Assembly (NCBI RefSeq): GCF_009914755.1
Contig: NC_060946.1
Direction: 5' to 3' (one strand)
DNA length: 64,000 bases
Source of the DNA: the human T2T-CHM13v2.0 reference genome, Homo sapiens
In this document: positions 45,692-62,638 of the stretch, piece by piece
How positions within the stretch are numbered: position 1 is the stretch's first letter
Layout of the letters: the number at the start of each line of letters is the position of its first letter
Made by a program: the position numbers and the translations under genes
The notes under the pieces: model-generated
Told to the model about the DNA's origin: nothing
The model's input: the letters and a program-made list of their open reading frames with translations, nothing else
Database searches by the model: none

Positions 45692-45810
45692 CCTGCCACA
45701 GTGGCTCATGTCTGTAAGCCAGGTGGGCAGACCCCTTGAGGCCAGGAGTTTGAGACCAGCCTGGCATACATGGTGAAACTCTGTCTCTCCTAAAAATAAA
45801 AAAAAAATTA
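45692..45810 (+). mobile_element. Alu left monomer (FLAM-like) with deletion
   Basis: gtggctcatgtctgtaa...gaggccaggagtttgagaccagcctgg...polyA. Confidence 0.8.
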
Positions 45811-46031
45811 ACTCTCTCTCTATAGCAGGATACAATGGCAACAATTGGTTATATCATCAAGGCTTTGACTGAAATGTCATATCTGAGAATATGTATAAAC
45901 TGCCTGACTTCTAGGGTTCTCAGCCTTAGAGTAGATGAATAAAAATTATCAATTCCTGGCAGGTGCAGGAACATTAGGACTGTAAGTATAACCTAAAGTC
46001 TGTCTTGGGTTATCTTATTAACCTCAAGAAA

Positions 46032-46215
46032 TTTTTATTTTTATTTATGTTTATTTTTTATTTATTTTTTTGAGACATGGTTTCTCTCTGTCACTCAGGC
46101 TGGAGTGCAGTGGCACAATCACAGCTCACTGTAACCTCAGGCTCCTGGGGTGAAGCAGTTCTCCCACCTCAACCTCCCCAGTAGCTAGAACTACAGGCAC
46201 TTGCCACCAGCTTAG
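46032..46215 (-). mobile_element. AluJ right arm
   Basis: Reverse Alu arm with T-rich tail. Confidence 0.85.
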
Positions 46216-47406
46216 CTTTGAAAGGTTTTTAAATCTGAGATTACTATGTGGTCAAATCACTATTCTTGCAGGCAATATTTGATAAAAACTAAATTTATTT
46301 TAGAAACAAATTTGTCTTACTCTATTTTTGGAAAAGCCAATATCACCGTAGGAAGAAAAAGTTATGTTTCTGTTCTTTTTTTTCTTCCAGAAATATTTTA
46401 ATAAAAATTGGCCATTTCCAAGAAACACTCACTGCATGCCCATCAATAAAAGAGAACCATAACAAAATAGAAAATTTCCCATATGGCTATGATTTAAAGA
46501 AAAAAATGCGGACACGAGTTATATTTCTAAAGAAAGCTAGAATACACCTGTTATTAGATGATAGCTGTGTGCACTGTTTTCAAGTTCTTGTTATTTGCCT
46601 ATAGAGCAAATTGCTATTTGTTATTTGCCTATAGAACTCTTCTAGATTTCTACAATCCTACTTTCTTCTATGCAGTTACCACAAATGGGAATTTCTCTGT
46701 TTTGGAAGCCCTATAAGATGAAACTAGATGAATTTTAAGAAATAAGTCTCGTGCCTGATGTCTGGGCCACACAAGGTTCACCAAACTGTCCCATGCCATC
46801 ACCAGAGACATTCAAACTGCAAACCAGGACGAGAGTTGATTGTTTTCATGCTGTAGACAGCTTTTTTTCAAGATGTCAGAACAAGGCTCTATATCATAAT
46901 GATATAACAAAGCCTACCTTTTTCACTTGGTAGGATAATGGTCATTTTGTTTATTCAATTGGCTGTCTTTAAAGCCTAGGTTTATTGCTCAAAGTCCTTA
47001 TGCAAACTGTTCTTGTCACATCACTATTAATTTTACTTTGCATTTTTCTCTTTAATTTTGTATCTGTTACTTGTTCAAATTTTTTACAGATGTACGAATC
47101 CTAACAGTATAATGCTAACCCAGCACTTTGAGATGGTAACACATGCCTATGGAACAGACAAAATTGAACTTAATTACAGACTCCAAGTAGACAGACGAGG
47201 AGCACCCCACTTAAACTTCCTTATTGCTCAAATGTGGTTAAAAAGGTTTTGACACTGACTCCTAGCTGCCATTCATTCTCTCCAACGTGAAACAAGACCA
47301 GAAACCTGGGAGAGGTCCATCCTGGCACTGAGAGACATGAAAACCTAACTAAAGGATGACTGAACAGTGACACTTTTGGGGAAACATCTTGATCAAAAGG
47401 GTGAAA

Positions 47407-47855
47407 TATGAATGTTGCCAAAATAAAAATGGAGTCATTTGTGTTAACAAAACCCTGACAAATAGAACCAGGAATGCCATGGAAAGAGGCTTTTCTTCCA
47501 CAAGTGTCTGATAACAAGAATGATTACAAAAGACTCCGTGAAAACCACAATCTTGCACAAATGCCATCGTAACTTTACACACACAAAATAAAAACTTCTG
47601 CAGGCACGTCTGCCCAGCAACTGCCTGTCCAGTCTTGGACTGGTGTCAACTTTGTTACTGATCCTTTGGCCAAAGATAATTATCTCCAAACAATTATAAA
47701 ATCCTCTTCATTTTTCCTTTAAAAACCTTTATCTTCCTTTACCTCCCTGGGTATGCACATAGTTTGCTATGGCATGTATATTCCCATTGCAATGCACTAT
47801 TCCAGAATAAATATAATTTTCCTTTAGAGAGGATCTCTTCATTATTAAGGCTGAC
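47407..47855 (+). mobile_element. ERV1 3' LTR (MER4 group, LTR23-like, tentative)
   Basis: Follows the PPT; aaaatggagtcatttgtgtt..aaaaccctgacaaatag; AATAAA near the end; terminal ...ggctgaca. Confidence 0.75.
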
Positions 47856-48901
47856 AATACTTTAGCAGTTTCTTTGCATGTTTGCAGAAAATTCTCTTTG
47901 TTATCTTATACTTGAAAGATTATTCTTCTAGGTATACAACCTGTTATTGTTTCTTGGCATACTTAAGATATGCCTCACTTCCAATTTTCTCTATTATCTC
48001 CTTCTGATAGTCCAATGAGACATATCCCAATTTCTTTGCTTCTTTCTCAGTTTTTCTATCTCTTTTCATTCTGTGCTGCATCTTGGGTAATTTCTTATAC
48101 CTCTTCCAGTTCACTAATTCTCTCTTCAGCTGTGTTTAAGCTGCTGTTTAACATATCCATTTAATTTCAATAATCATATCTTTCACCTCTAAAAATACTA
48201 TTTAATCCAAATACGGCTATTCATTTTTTGAGAATCTACTATTCCTTCATCCTACTTTCAATATTCATTTTTTATTTCTACATGTAATAAAAATACTTAT
48301 GTTTTATATCTGGTAAGTCCAATATTTGCAGTCTTTCAGATTTAACTCCAGTCTTCAGTTTTTGCACTTTCTCAGGGTAGCTTACTTCCTTGTGTGTTTT
48401 GTGATTCCTGAGAACCTTGCTTTCCTTGTAACTTCCCCTAAAAAATTCTGAAGACTTGTTTTTAAGAATATTCTTCTAGATCAGATTTATGTTAGTTTCT
48501 GCCAAGTGCCTGGCAAATTTTTAATTTTTTTTCTTTCCATTTTTGCTCCCACACATGTAATTTCAGCCCCCAAAATAATATGGGCATAGGCTTAAAATAA
48601 AATCTCAGAGGAAACATTTCTCCCTCATTCTACCTAAAACCAAGGATGAAACAGACAACAACCTCTACTGTCTTCTTCCACACTCTGAGTTTTATTAACT
48701 GTTTATCCGCTGAGGATAATACTCTTTGTGGATCCTGACTTTATGTGAGGCCTTTATGTGAGGTCTTTCTTCCTGTGGGCCTAAGGTCCTGTGTATAGTA
48801 TTTCAACAGAATAATTATATGTTTTGCCTGTTGGCCTATTGTCCCTCTGTATCCCATGATAGCATTCGCTTGTTTGAACAATAAATTATACAGTTACCTA
48901 T

Positions 48902-50280
48902 TGAGAAAAACCACTGTTTTTCTATACTCTCACACAGAAGACTTCTGATGCCAGATATTGTGGGGTTATTTTCCTACAATGACCAGTTCTTCAACACTAG
49001 CTGGGTCCCTATAATTTAATACAACAGTGACACTACCTCCTTGACAAAAGCATCAGACTCTATGGGTTAGTGGCTTAGTCCCACGAGGCTGCCCACTTCA
49101 GATGCCAGTTGCAAATCCCAGTCTCCTGTCCTCTGACAGATTTGCTGTAAATCAAGGATTCCTATGATCCCCTCCTTGGGTTCCATAATTTACTAGAATG
49201 GCTCCTGAAACTCTGGGAAACACATTTACTAGCTTATTATCAAGGATGCAACTTGGGAACAGCCAGAGAGAAGAGGTACATAAGGCAAAATATGGGGGTG
49301 TGGGGTGAGGGGGTATGGAGCTTCCATGCCTTCTCTGGGCACACCACCCTGCAGCAACAACAGTGTTCACCAACCCAGAAGTTCATCAAATCTTGTTATT
49401 CAAGAGCATTTAAAGAGCTTGATTTCTAGCACACCCTCCTGCCTTCCCAGAGGTCCATGGAACTTTCAGTGGGGAAGTTCTTTTTTTTTTTTTTTGAGTG
49501 TCGTAAAGTCTTTATTTTATGAAAGAAGTCACACAGGCAAAGCTTTATATTTGCTGAGTGATTTCTTTCTTTCTTTTTTTTTTTTTTATTATACTTTAAG
49601 TTCTAGGGTACATGTGCACAACGTGCAGGTTTGTTACATATGTGTACATGTGCCATGTTGGTGTGCTGCACCCACTAACTTGTCCTTTACATTAGGTGTA
49701 TCTCCTAATGCTATTCCTCCTCTCTCCCCCACCCCATGACAGGCCCCGGTGTGTGATGTTCCCCACCCTGTGTCCAAGTGTTCTCATTGTTCTGCTATAA
49801 AGACACATGCACACCTATGTTTACTGCGGCACTATTCACAATAGCAAAGACTTGGAACCAACCCAAATGTCCATCAGTGACAGACTGGATTAAGAAAATG
49901 TGGCACATATACACCATGGAACACTATGCAGCCATAAAAAAGGATAAGTTCATGTCCTTTGTAGGGACATGGATGAAGCTGGAAACCATCATTCTGAGCA
50001 AACAATTGCAAGGATAGAAAACCAAACACCGCATGTTCTCACTCGTAGGTGGGAATTGATCAGTGGGGAAGTTCTAACCCTCTGATCACTTGGTCTTTCC
50101 ATCCTGAGGCTCTCTAGGGGCCCTACTCTAAGACACCTCATTAGCATAAACTCAGGTATAACCCAAAGGGGCTCATATACACAATAAAAGCTGTTCTTAT
50201 CACTCAGGAAATTTCAAGGGTTTTAGGAGCTCTGTTCCAGGAACCAGGGACAAAGACTAAATAGATTTCTTATAATACCA
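48902..50280 (-). mobile_element. MER21-type LTR interrupted by an L1
   Basis: Right end cactcaggaaatttcaagggttttaggagctctgttccaggaaccaggga is the reverse of the MER21 5' end. Confidence 0.75.
49482..50059 (-). mobile_element. L1PA (about PA4/5) insertion, 5'-truncated, 5'-inverted, with 3' transduction
   Basis: 16-bp TSD tcagtggggaagttct (49466-49481, 50060-50075). L1 3' UTR reversed at 49588-49792; L1 ORF2 end forward at 49793-50059; two T tracts. Confidence 0.95.
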
Positions 50281-51210
50281 GGCTCACCTTTAAACCAGGC
50301 TCCCTGCCACTAGGGATCATCCCTTCCAAGGGCAAAGGTGACATCCAGTTGCTCTTTGCTTATCTTTTTGGATTCACTCTGTCATTGTTTCTGGCCTTTG
50401 CTTTCTTTACTTGCTTTATGAACCGATCAATTATGCTTTCAAAGCATGTAAAATATTTTTTAATCCAGCATTTTTACATATTCTTTACACAGTTGGTTTT
50501 ATTTCGCCCCCTCTCCAAACTTTTTAATCCATGATATTCTTGACAATATTCCTGTCTGTTTCTTCTCTTTTCCTTATTTCTAACAAGCACATGATATACA
50601 GAAGGAACTGAATAAATGCCGATGGAAGGAATGAATGTTGCAGGCACCTCTGTTTTAAATCCTTTCTAATATTTTGAAATAAATTTCAAGTGCAGTTAAA
50701 AAAAAGTTCTTTCTTTCTAATGCTATAATTTCATTCCTGGAAAGGCAAGCTACAACAATATTGGATGGAAGGGCTTCATGGACAAAGCTGTTAATTAAGA
50801 TATAATTTATATTTATGAAAATTTGAAAACAACTAAGGTCAAGGGAGTGGCTAGGTAACAGACTAACTATTGGATATGATGTTCATTAACACCATGTGGC
50901 TCACCCAGAAAATGCTTATGATATGCAACAAATGAAAAGCAGAAAACCACATTTAACATGCGTTATGACTACAAATAAGACATAATACCCACATGGGGAC
51001 ATGGATCAGAAGCCAAGTACAAAAGACTAATTTATTAGAAAAGCTAGCTTTGCAATCCTTTTTCCTTTTTAAAACTTGCAATGGATATAAACTTTATATG
51101 GAACAAATTCTTTAAGGATGCATGTATCTAATCCTCTGTGATACAACCTTAGAGGCAAAAGCCCTTGCTGTCAGACAGGCCTGTGTTGAAATCTTCGTTC
51201 TGTTGAATAG

Positions 51211-51628
51211 TTGTGGTCAATTCTTTACTCCTTCCACTGTAGGGAGGGAATTCTAACACACTCCTTAACTCACACTCCTTACTCAAAGTAATCATACGGG
51301 CTTAGTCATACAGTTACTTTGGCCAATGAGGGATATTAGCAACAATGACTCAAGGTTTCCTCTTGTGTATTAGGGCTTCCTCTGCCACCTCTGCCTCACC
51401 ATGAGAAAACACCATACTGGCTTGCTGAGGGGACAGAGGACATCTAAGTTGCCCCAGTCACCAGCTGTCCCATCTGAAGCTGACCACAAATACTCTGTTA
51501 AACCAGTAAAAAAATGAACCATCCAACCAGCCTACAAACTCATCAACTATATAAATGGTTGCTGATTTAGGCCACTATCAGAACAGCTTGTTAGGCAGCA
51601 TTATCTATAGCAGTAGATGACTAATATA
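51211..51628 (+). mobile_element. MLT1 (G/H-like) MaLR LTR
   Basis: ttactttggccaatgag...aaatggttgctgatttaggccacta...gcagtagatgactaatata. Confidence 0.6.
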
Positions 51629-52229
51629 CCCTGTCTTCTTCCTCTTTCTATAGCCAGGTTCATTCACAGTGTTTGGTACCTACAGAGTGGTGATGAAAGC
51701 TTTTTCTGTCATTGTCCGCCCTCTGTGAGGAAGAATGAGACATTTATGCTTGCATCTCCCCGACTGACCCACCCACACCTGTCATAGCACTTTGTCCTTT
51801 TTTAAATACTTACTTCTTTGCACATTTCTCTCCTCCTCCAAGTCATACATGACTTGGAAGCAGGTTAATTATTCACATCCACATCTATAGCACCTGGCAC
51901 AGAGTAGGCCCTCAATAAATGTTTTTGCTTGAGTTGAATGAATAGATTTGGGGAGCTGGCATGAACCAAAAGAGCCAGCAGCAGATGGCAAGAATAATAA
52001 CCACACAAGCTGGTTCTTACGCCAGGAGGCTTTAGGCTTTCCAGAAAGCCCAAATAAGGGTGGAAAAAAACCAACACCCCACAAAGATGAAAAGCATACT
52101 CATTCTGCTCTCCTGTGCCCTTATCTCTCTCACCACATTGCACATAAATCTCCCAGCCATCCATGCCCCTGGGAGGTCCTCTCGGCCCACCTCACCCTAC
52201 CTCCAGGGATGTCCCTGTGTTGACCCTAC

Positions 52230-52355
52230 CTTTAGATCAGACACGTCTCTGTAGCACTGCTCGGAGCGGGTGTGGTCTGACAGCTGCACATTCCAGAAGC
52301 AGGGGAGCTGGTACACAAGGAAGGGGTTTTGTTTGATGACGGCATTGAAAATATC
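52230..52355 (-). CDS. LARGE1: LARGE1 internal coding exon (126 nt, phase 0-0)
   Basis: ctttcatcccccag|GAT ATT TTC...GAT CTA AAG|gtaggg. Peptide [42 protein letters not shown] lies inside ORF 52197..52499. The DQD motif is formed across the junction with the previous exon. Confidence 0.97.
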
Positions 52356-54673
<2,318 letters not shown>

Positions 54674-54764
54674 TCACATCACAGCCACAGTCTCTCGGGG
54701 ATGATTGTCTTATGCAGACAAGAGGCCTATGCACTGCTGCAGATGAGTCTTCCCTCTAAAAAAG

Positions 54765-54870
54765 ATGGAGACGGAGGATGCGGTGAGCTGAGATTGCACC
54801 ACTGTCCTCCAGTGGGGGTAACAGAGTGAGACTCTGTCTCAAAAAAAAAAAAAAAAAAAGAAAGAAAGAA
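54765..54870 (+). mobile_element. Alu 3' fragment
   Basis: gtgagctgagattgcaccactg...gagactctgtctcaaaa. Confidence 0.85.
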
Positions 54871-55194
54871 TTTCATTAATCTTATTACAAAAATGAATTA
54901 TAATTAGGTTGGATAGATGCTCCAATGTATTAAAAAATGGGGGGGGGGGGGATGGTGGGAAACTAGAAACAATGATGAAATATATTAATGCACATTTTTG
55001 AAGCCTCTAGAGAGGTCCAGGATAAACCTATGAGTCTCTGGTGACCAAGCTGAGAACTGATGCTTTTAAATGGTGTGAGACTTGGCAGATGTGATTTGCC
55101 AGGTTGCCTGAAAAGTCGGAATGTCTAAAACAGATGACTAAATGCAGAGATGCAGGATCATCCTCCCTGTTAGCCAGTCTTTGCTTTTGTGTGA

Positions 55195-55730
55195 CTTTAA
55201 TTTTTAAAATTATGAACTATTTCAAAACAATAGAAAAGCACACAAACTAATATAATGAATACCCACCACCTAGATATAATGGTTGTTATAATACCTTGCC
55301 ACATTTACTGTTAAAAAATTAAAGCATTACAGATAAATCTAAAGTTCATCTCATTCTACCTCCTCTCTTCCTCAAAGGCAGCCAGTATTCCCAGGGGTCT
55401 GTGTTTTATTCCTAGGCTTGTTTTTATATTTTTATCCTCTATGCACATAATAACACATGGTATTTTTAGTGTGTTTTGGATTGCGTATTTCCTATTCTAA
55501 CTTGCCTTTTCACCCACTGTTATGTCTTTAAGATTTAACTATGTTAGTATTTCCTATCTAGTTTAGTCACTGTAATCACATCATCCATTTTATACCTATA
55601 CCACAATTTATTTATCCATTCCTCTCCTGAAGGACATTTTGGTTGTTTACTATGTTTTTGCCATTATGAACAATGCTGCAATAAATATCCTAATCTTGAT
55701 TCATGTCTCGAGAGCTTAGCTAGGGTGCAG
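55195..55730 (-). mobile_element. Old L1ME-type 3' fragment
   Basis: ccacaatttatttatccattc...ggacattttggttgttt...gccattatgaacaatgctgcaataaa. Confidence 0.7.
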
Positions 55731-55919
55731 CTTCCAAAGTTGGACCGGGATTGCCGTGTTGAAGGCGCTCCTTGTCTTGAAACATCTTCAACTACTCCAT
55801 CTTCCATTTCTCTTACAGTCAGCCATTACTGAGTCCACAGATTCTAAATTTAAAACACCTTTTACATTTCTTTTATTCATTCATTCAACAGTTATTTACT
55901 GAGTAGCTACTATGTGTGA

Positions 55920-56284
<365 letters not shown>

Positions 56285-56965
56285 AATCTCATGGGCTTTA
56301 TTCAACATATTAACTCAGCATATATTTACTGGAGGTGTAACATTCATTCTTTGCCAGGCCCTTTTGTGGAAACACACATAAGACACGTACATCATTAGGA
56401 TTCAATGTGATGACTGCAAACACTGAGATCATGCAGTGCTTATGAAGAGAGCTCACAGGAGGGAGGCCTGGGTGGCCTGGGCTAGGACTTGGTCAGGCAG
56501 TTGGGGAAGCTGTCTGAGGAAACACCATGGACAAAGGCACGGAGGCAGGAGATGCATGACAAGACTGGGCTACGCAAGAACTAGAGTGTATCATGGCCAG
56601 ACAGTTTCAATAGCAGGCTTAGGCAAATGCCAGGACAGACGCCTGAACACACGCACAGGCAATAAATCAGGAAGAGCCTCGTATCTATGCAACACAGGTG
56701 CGTTCCAACCATGTTTATGCCGTTTCCTACAGAGAAAATGCTATTCTTAAAACCCACTGGGAGTTAAGCTGCTTATGGCTGGAAAGGCTGATCCAAGGGT
56801 TTCAGAGGCCCCAGGCCCTACCAAAGTATCCCCAAGGCCCAGGAGATGATTTTGTTGGCACTTGTCACCCATGTGTGACACAGTGGTTGGGAAGTCCTAC
56901 TGAGGACAACTGAAAGCCAGACAAGGATGTAGAGCAAGAGAGTGACTACAACAGAATCTGTTTTA

Positions 56966-57343
<378 letters not shown>

Positions 57344-58081
57344 TCACAAGATCAAAGGCCTCCAGTATTTCAGGGTGGTCTTCAGAACAAGCTATAACCC
57401 CTTGGTTGTGGCCAGACCATCTGGTTCTCGCCATAATTTAATTTTCTTTTCTTTCATCAGACCACTTCATCCAGGAAAACTGGCACTCTGCCATAAAACA
57501 ACCGCAACCTCTGCCTCTGTGAATTTGATGAGCTGATTCTCAGGCTGCTTTTCTCTTTGGAATTCCAGAACGTTTACTAAATATACCGCTCTCTGTACCC
57601 CGATTCAACCAAGAATCAGAATCCAAAGCAGACAAAAACATTCATGAGCAAACATGTCACAAAGCTTATGAATTTCACTCTCAGCTTCCTGAGCCTCCTC
57701 TAATCTCACAACATTCTTAGAAAGGGGGGCTGGTTAGACCTTACTGCTAAGTTTGCATCGATGTGGGAACCGAGGTGCTGAGGATGGAGGTGATGTTTCC
57801 GATGTCACAGTGCTGGCAACTGCTTCTTACTGCCCTGTTTATCTTAGAACATTAGAACTAATAAAGACCCTGTGCTTCCTGTGCCAGCAGAACCCATGGG
57901 TGGCTCTTCTTTGTACCTAGACATTTTTAAAGACCATGCTTCCTCTTAAACATGAATGTCACACGTGTGCTCGGCTGACACAGGCTCATGTGGGCTTCTG
58001 GGAATCAGGGCTCCCAGACACCACAGCTGGGCCATAGGCAAGCTGCTCTTGGCATGCCAAACCAGAGGGGACTCTGTCTGC

Positions 58082-58532
58082 TTTTGTTGTGTGTTTTTTT
58101 TTTTTTTTTGAGACAGAGTCTTACTCTGCTGCCCAGGCTGGAGTGCAGTGAGTGGCACGATCTCAGCTCACTGCACCCTCCGCCTCCCAGGTTTAAGCCA
58201 TTCTTGTGCCTCAGCCTCCTGAGTAAGTAGGACCACAGGTGTGCGCCACCAGGCCTGGCTAATGTTTTTTGTATTTTTAAGAGAGAAGGGGTTTCACCAT
58301 GTTAGCCAGGCTGGTCTCGAATTCCTGAACTCAAGTGATCCGCCCACCTTGGCCTCCCAAAGTGCTGGGAACACAGGTGTAAACCACCACACCCAGCTAA
58401 TTTTTTGTATTTTTAGTAGAGACAGGGTTACACTATGTTGGCCAGGCTGCTCTCGAACTCCTGACCTCATGATCCACCCGCCTCGGCCTCCCCAAGTGTT
58501 GCAATTACAGGTGTGAGCCACCGTGCCCAGCC
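58082..58532 (-). mobile_element. Three-armed Alu (dimer plus a copied left arm)
   Basis: The dimer 58082-58397 runs directly into a second left arm that matches the one in the Alu at 59161-59465 at all but one base. Confidence 0.9.
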
Positions 58533-59092
58533 TACCACAGGTTATTCCTATAACCAATATCCTCACATCCTCATAGGTCCTGCATTCAGAAGTCATTTCG
58601 TCTATGATTCATTTCAAAATTTTTTTATTTGAGCACCTGCTTTGGTTCTATTCATTAGTTAACTGGGGACTTGGAAGTTTTTAAAACGCAGTCCTTGTTC
58701 TCAGGGAGCAAGGCCTGATAGGGAAGGGAAACAGGTAATCACAAAAATGCAAAGCACTGTGATAAATGGGAGGTGGGGAAGAACTATGGGAGCTGGGGTA
58801 CAGGTAAACTGACTGTGTCTCAGGGGAAGCATTAGGGGAAGGGCATCTTGAAATGAATGATGTCTACACTGAAACTTAAGGATAAAAAAGGTTATATAAG
58901 TGAGAGACAGGAAGAACAAAGGTCAAACCAGACAGGCTTCTCTCTCTAGGACAGTGATTTCAAAGGAATGGGTTGCTGAATATCTAGCAGGTAGCAAATA
59001 CTGTCCACCACATCTGAACTGCAGACCTCAAAAGGTAATGACCCATGTCCCCCTCTTCTCCCAAAAAAGAAAATTTTAGAAAGGCTGCATAA

Positions 59093-59465
<373 letters not shown>

Positions 59466-59773
59466 TACCACAGGTTATTCCTATAACCAATATCCTCACA
59501 TCCTCAGAGTGACACAGCAGAATGAATTCTGGGAACACACGCTTCTTCTTTTTTTTTTTTTTTGTAGCTATCCCAGAAGGGGAAGGAAAAAGAAAAAACT
59601 GCAGTGGACTTGGAAAACACACTCTTGGCTCTGAGTCCTGATATCACTGCTTAATATCAATATGATTCTTGAAAAAAGTCACTGTGTTTCTAAGCCTCAG
59701 ATCCTTATTTGTAATATAGTGACAATCCCACATTAACTCCAAGGTGATTGTGAGGAACAAAAAAGAAAATGGG

Positions 59774-60089
59774 GGCCAGGTGCGGTGGCTCACGCCTGTG
59801 ATCCCAGCACTTTGAGAGGCAGAGGAGGGTGGATCACCTGAGGTCAGGAGTTCGAGACCAGCCTGGTCAATACGGCAAAACCCTGTCTCTACTAAAAATA
59901 CAAAAATTAGCCAGATGTGGTGGTGGGTGCCTGTAATCACAGTTACTTAGGAGGCTGAGGCAGAAGAATTGCTTGAACCTGGGAGGCGGATGTTGTGGTG
60001 AGCCAAGATGGCCCCACTGTACTCCCGCCTGGGCAACACAGCGAGACTCTGTCTTAAAAACAACAACAACAACAACAAAAGCAAGAAAA
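59774..60089 (+). mobile_element. AluS with (CAA)n tail
   Basis: TSD aagaaaa(a)tgg. Confidence 0.95.
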
Positions 60090-61591
60090 ATGGCATCTTT
60101 AAAGTGGATGCCACTTTAAAGATTTAAATGGCATCTGGTACAGTGGAAGAGTATCCACCAGTGCTGTAGTGGGAATTATTAATGGATAATTAATGTCCAA
60201 ACCTAGTAAATCATTTTTCTTTGTAATCCACTGATTATTCAAATAATCTTCAAAATTCCCGTGAGTGTGAAATGTACTGGACAACTTGAAATATTTGCAA
60301 TATTTGCAAACATTTCCAGGCCCATAGCCTTCTCAGTGTTCTGAAAATAGGTGGCTTATAGTGTCACAGCCTGCATGCTTAGGAGATCTCTTGAGGTTAT
60401 TCCAAGTGGCAGCTAAGAGATACATCCACAGGAAGAAAACAAATAATAATAAAGGAAAGAAAATCCACTGTATGGAAAATTATGAGCTTAAATTATATTC
60501 TTAAGCAGCTAATGAGTCTGTTTAGGATGTTAAATATAATCATCATATTGATATGAGCTTATAAGACAATCTGCCAGTTTCTTCAAAGGTTAGGAGTTTG
60601 CACTCAGGTCATAAAAGACTTGAGAAACAACATTTCCAAGAGAAACAGAACTCTGTTTATTGACCTTGCTCCTATGGGGCTGCGGAAATATCCTAATTAA
60701 TGGCTGTGCAGTGCTTTCAAAATATGAAGTAGTACATAAAAGCTTAATAAATGACAGTTACAGAAACTATACATTTCCTCATTAAGGTGTCTAATTATCC
60801 CTCACTGAACTTGCCTAATTCCCACTGGATTTAATATAAATTATGTGCATGTGTGCAAAGTAGAAAGAGGATTTTTAAGTGACTACTGCTTCAAGTTATG
60901 AAAATGGTTCCATTTGAAACTGGAGCCTTTTAAGCTGAAACAACACGGATTTGGCTTTGGAATGTGTGCCCCAAATCAGACTTTTGACCCTGCTTTTCTG
61001 CTGTCAGGTGGAAGGTGGTGCCAAAAAGCTTGACTTTGGCCTTTGCCTGGCATTCGCTGCTGCCTGATCCACCCATTCCCATCCTTGTCGTCGGGGTCTG
61101 GGAGCTTGGAGCAAGCCCCTTGCCCCTGAGTGCTCTGCACAGAGGCAACATGCCTTAAATTTGACAAGGACTGTCAAGGGAGCTGGCTGGGATGCATGTG
61201 ACCCGCAGCACTTTACCTACAGCTGTTGTGCTGGGAGCACAGAGACCAACGCTAAATAAATAAATGAATAAATAAATTAAAAATCAAAGGATTCTCTCAT
61301 GAACATCTGGTCAAGTAGCAGGGCTTTTCATCTGTGGATCAGAGGGCCATGTTTTCTTTTTAGCAACAGCTCAGTAATCAAGATGGCAGGGAAAGAAAAG
61401 TAGGTATCTGTGCAGAGAGGAAAGTGAGAATAATGCTATTTTATGAGCTAGACATTATTTTTTGCCAGTGCAACTGCCAAAAAAAAAAAAAGAGAAGCTA
61501 AACAGGGTGACAATGATGATAATACCTACTATTTATCAAGCAACTGCTGTATACTAGAGAGAAGGAACTTAACTTAGATGACCTCTGATTC

Positions 61592-61889
61592 TTTTTTTTT
61601 TTTTTTTTGAGACAGAGTCTTGCTCTGTCACCCAGGCTGTAGTGCAGTGGCACAATCTCGGCTCACTGCAACCTCTGCCTCCCAGGTTCAAGTGATTCTT
61701 CTGCCTCAGCCTCCTGAGTAGCTGGCACTACAGGCGTGTGCCACCACACCCAGCTAATTTTTTGTATTTTTAGTAGAGACGGGGTTTCACCATGTTGGCC
61801 AGGCTGGTCTCGAACTCCTGACCTCGTAATCCGCATGCCTCGGCCTCCCGAAGTCCTGGGATTACAGGTGTGACCCACTGCACCCAGCC
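61592..61889 (-). mobile_element. AluS (Sg-like)
   Basis: TSD agatgacctctgattctt. Confidence 0.95.
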
Positions 61890-62091
61890 AGATGACCTCT
61901 GATTCTTATGACAAACTTGCAAAGTAGATGGAATTATCTCTATTTTACAGATGAAGAAACTAAGGTAGACAGAATTACCTCCATTTTACAGATGAAGAAA
62001 CTAAAGCTTCCATATAACTAACGTGTGGTAAAATTAATTTCACTCTTTGATTTGTGGTCTCAACCATACCATGTGGTCTCAACCTCCTGGG

Positions 62092-62094
<3 letters not shown>

Positions 62095-62135
<41 letters not shown>

Positions 62136-62140
62136 TGTGT
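62095..62140. repeat. (GT)n microsatellite
   Basis: About 23 units with one AT interruption. Confidence 0.97.
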
Positions 62141-62328
62141 ATCTACATGCTCATAACTAAATACGGTGAGGCTTTGCTGAATCAGGGGTCTAAAGCCAAA
62201 ACAAAAGAGTAGCTCCTGGAGGAGCAGTAAGTAAATGTTTGAAGGACTTTGAGAAGACCACAGGCCATAAGCAGACTGCCTCTGTGAAAACCTGGGAAGA
62301 TCCCAATCATTATAAAAGGCCGGGAAAG

Positions 62329-62638
<310 letters not shown>

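Noticed and set aside
49778-50017. ORF with CYKDTCTPMFTAALFTIAKTWNQPKCPS
   Set aside because: L1 ORF2 C-terminus in the inverted part of a truncated insertion; not a gene.
60300-60920. Repeat-poor AT-rich stretch with many TAAT motifs
   Set aside because: Could be a conserved element, but cannot be told from background without alignments.
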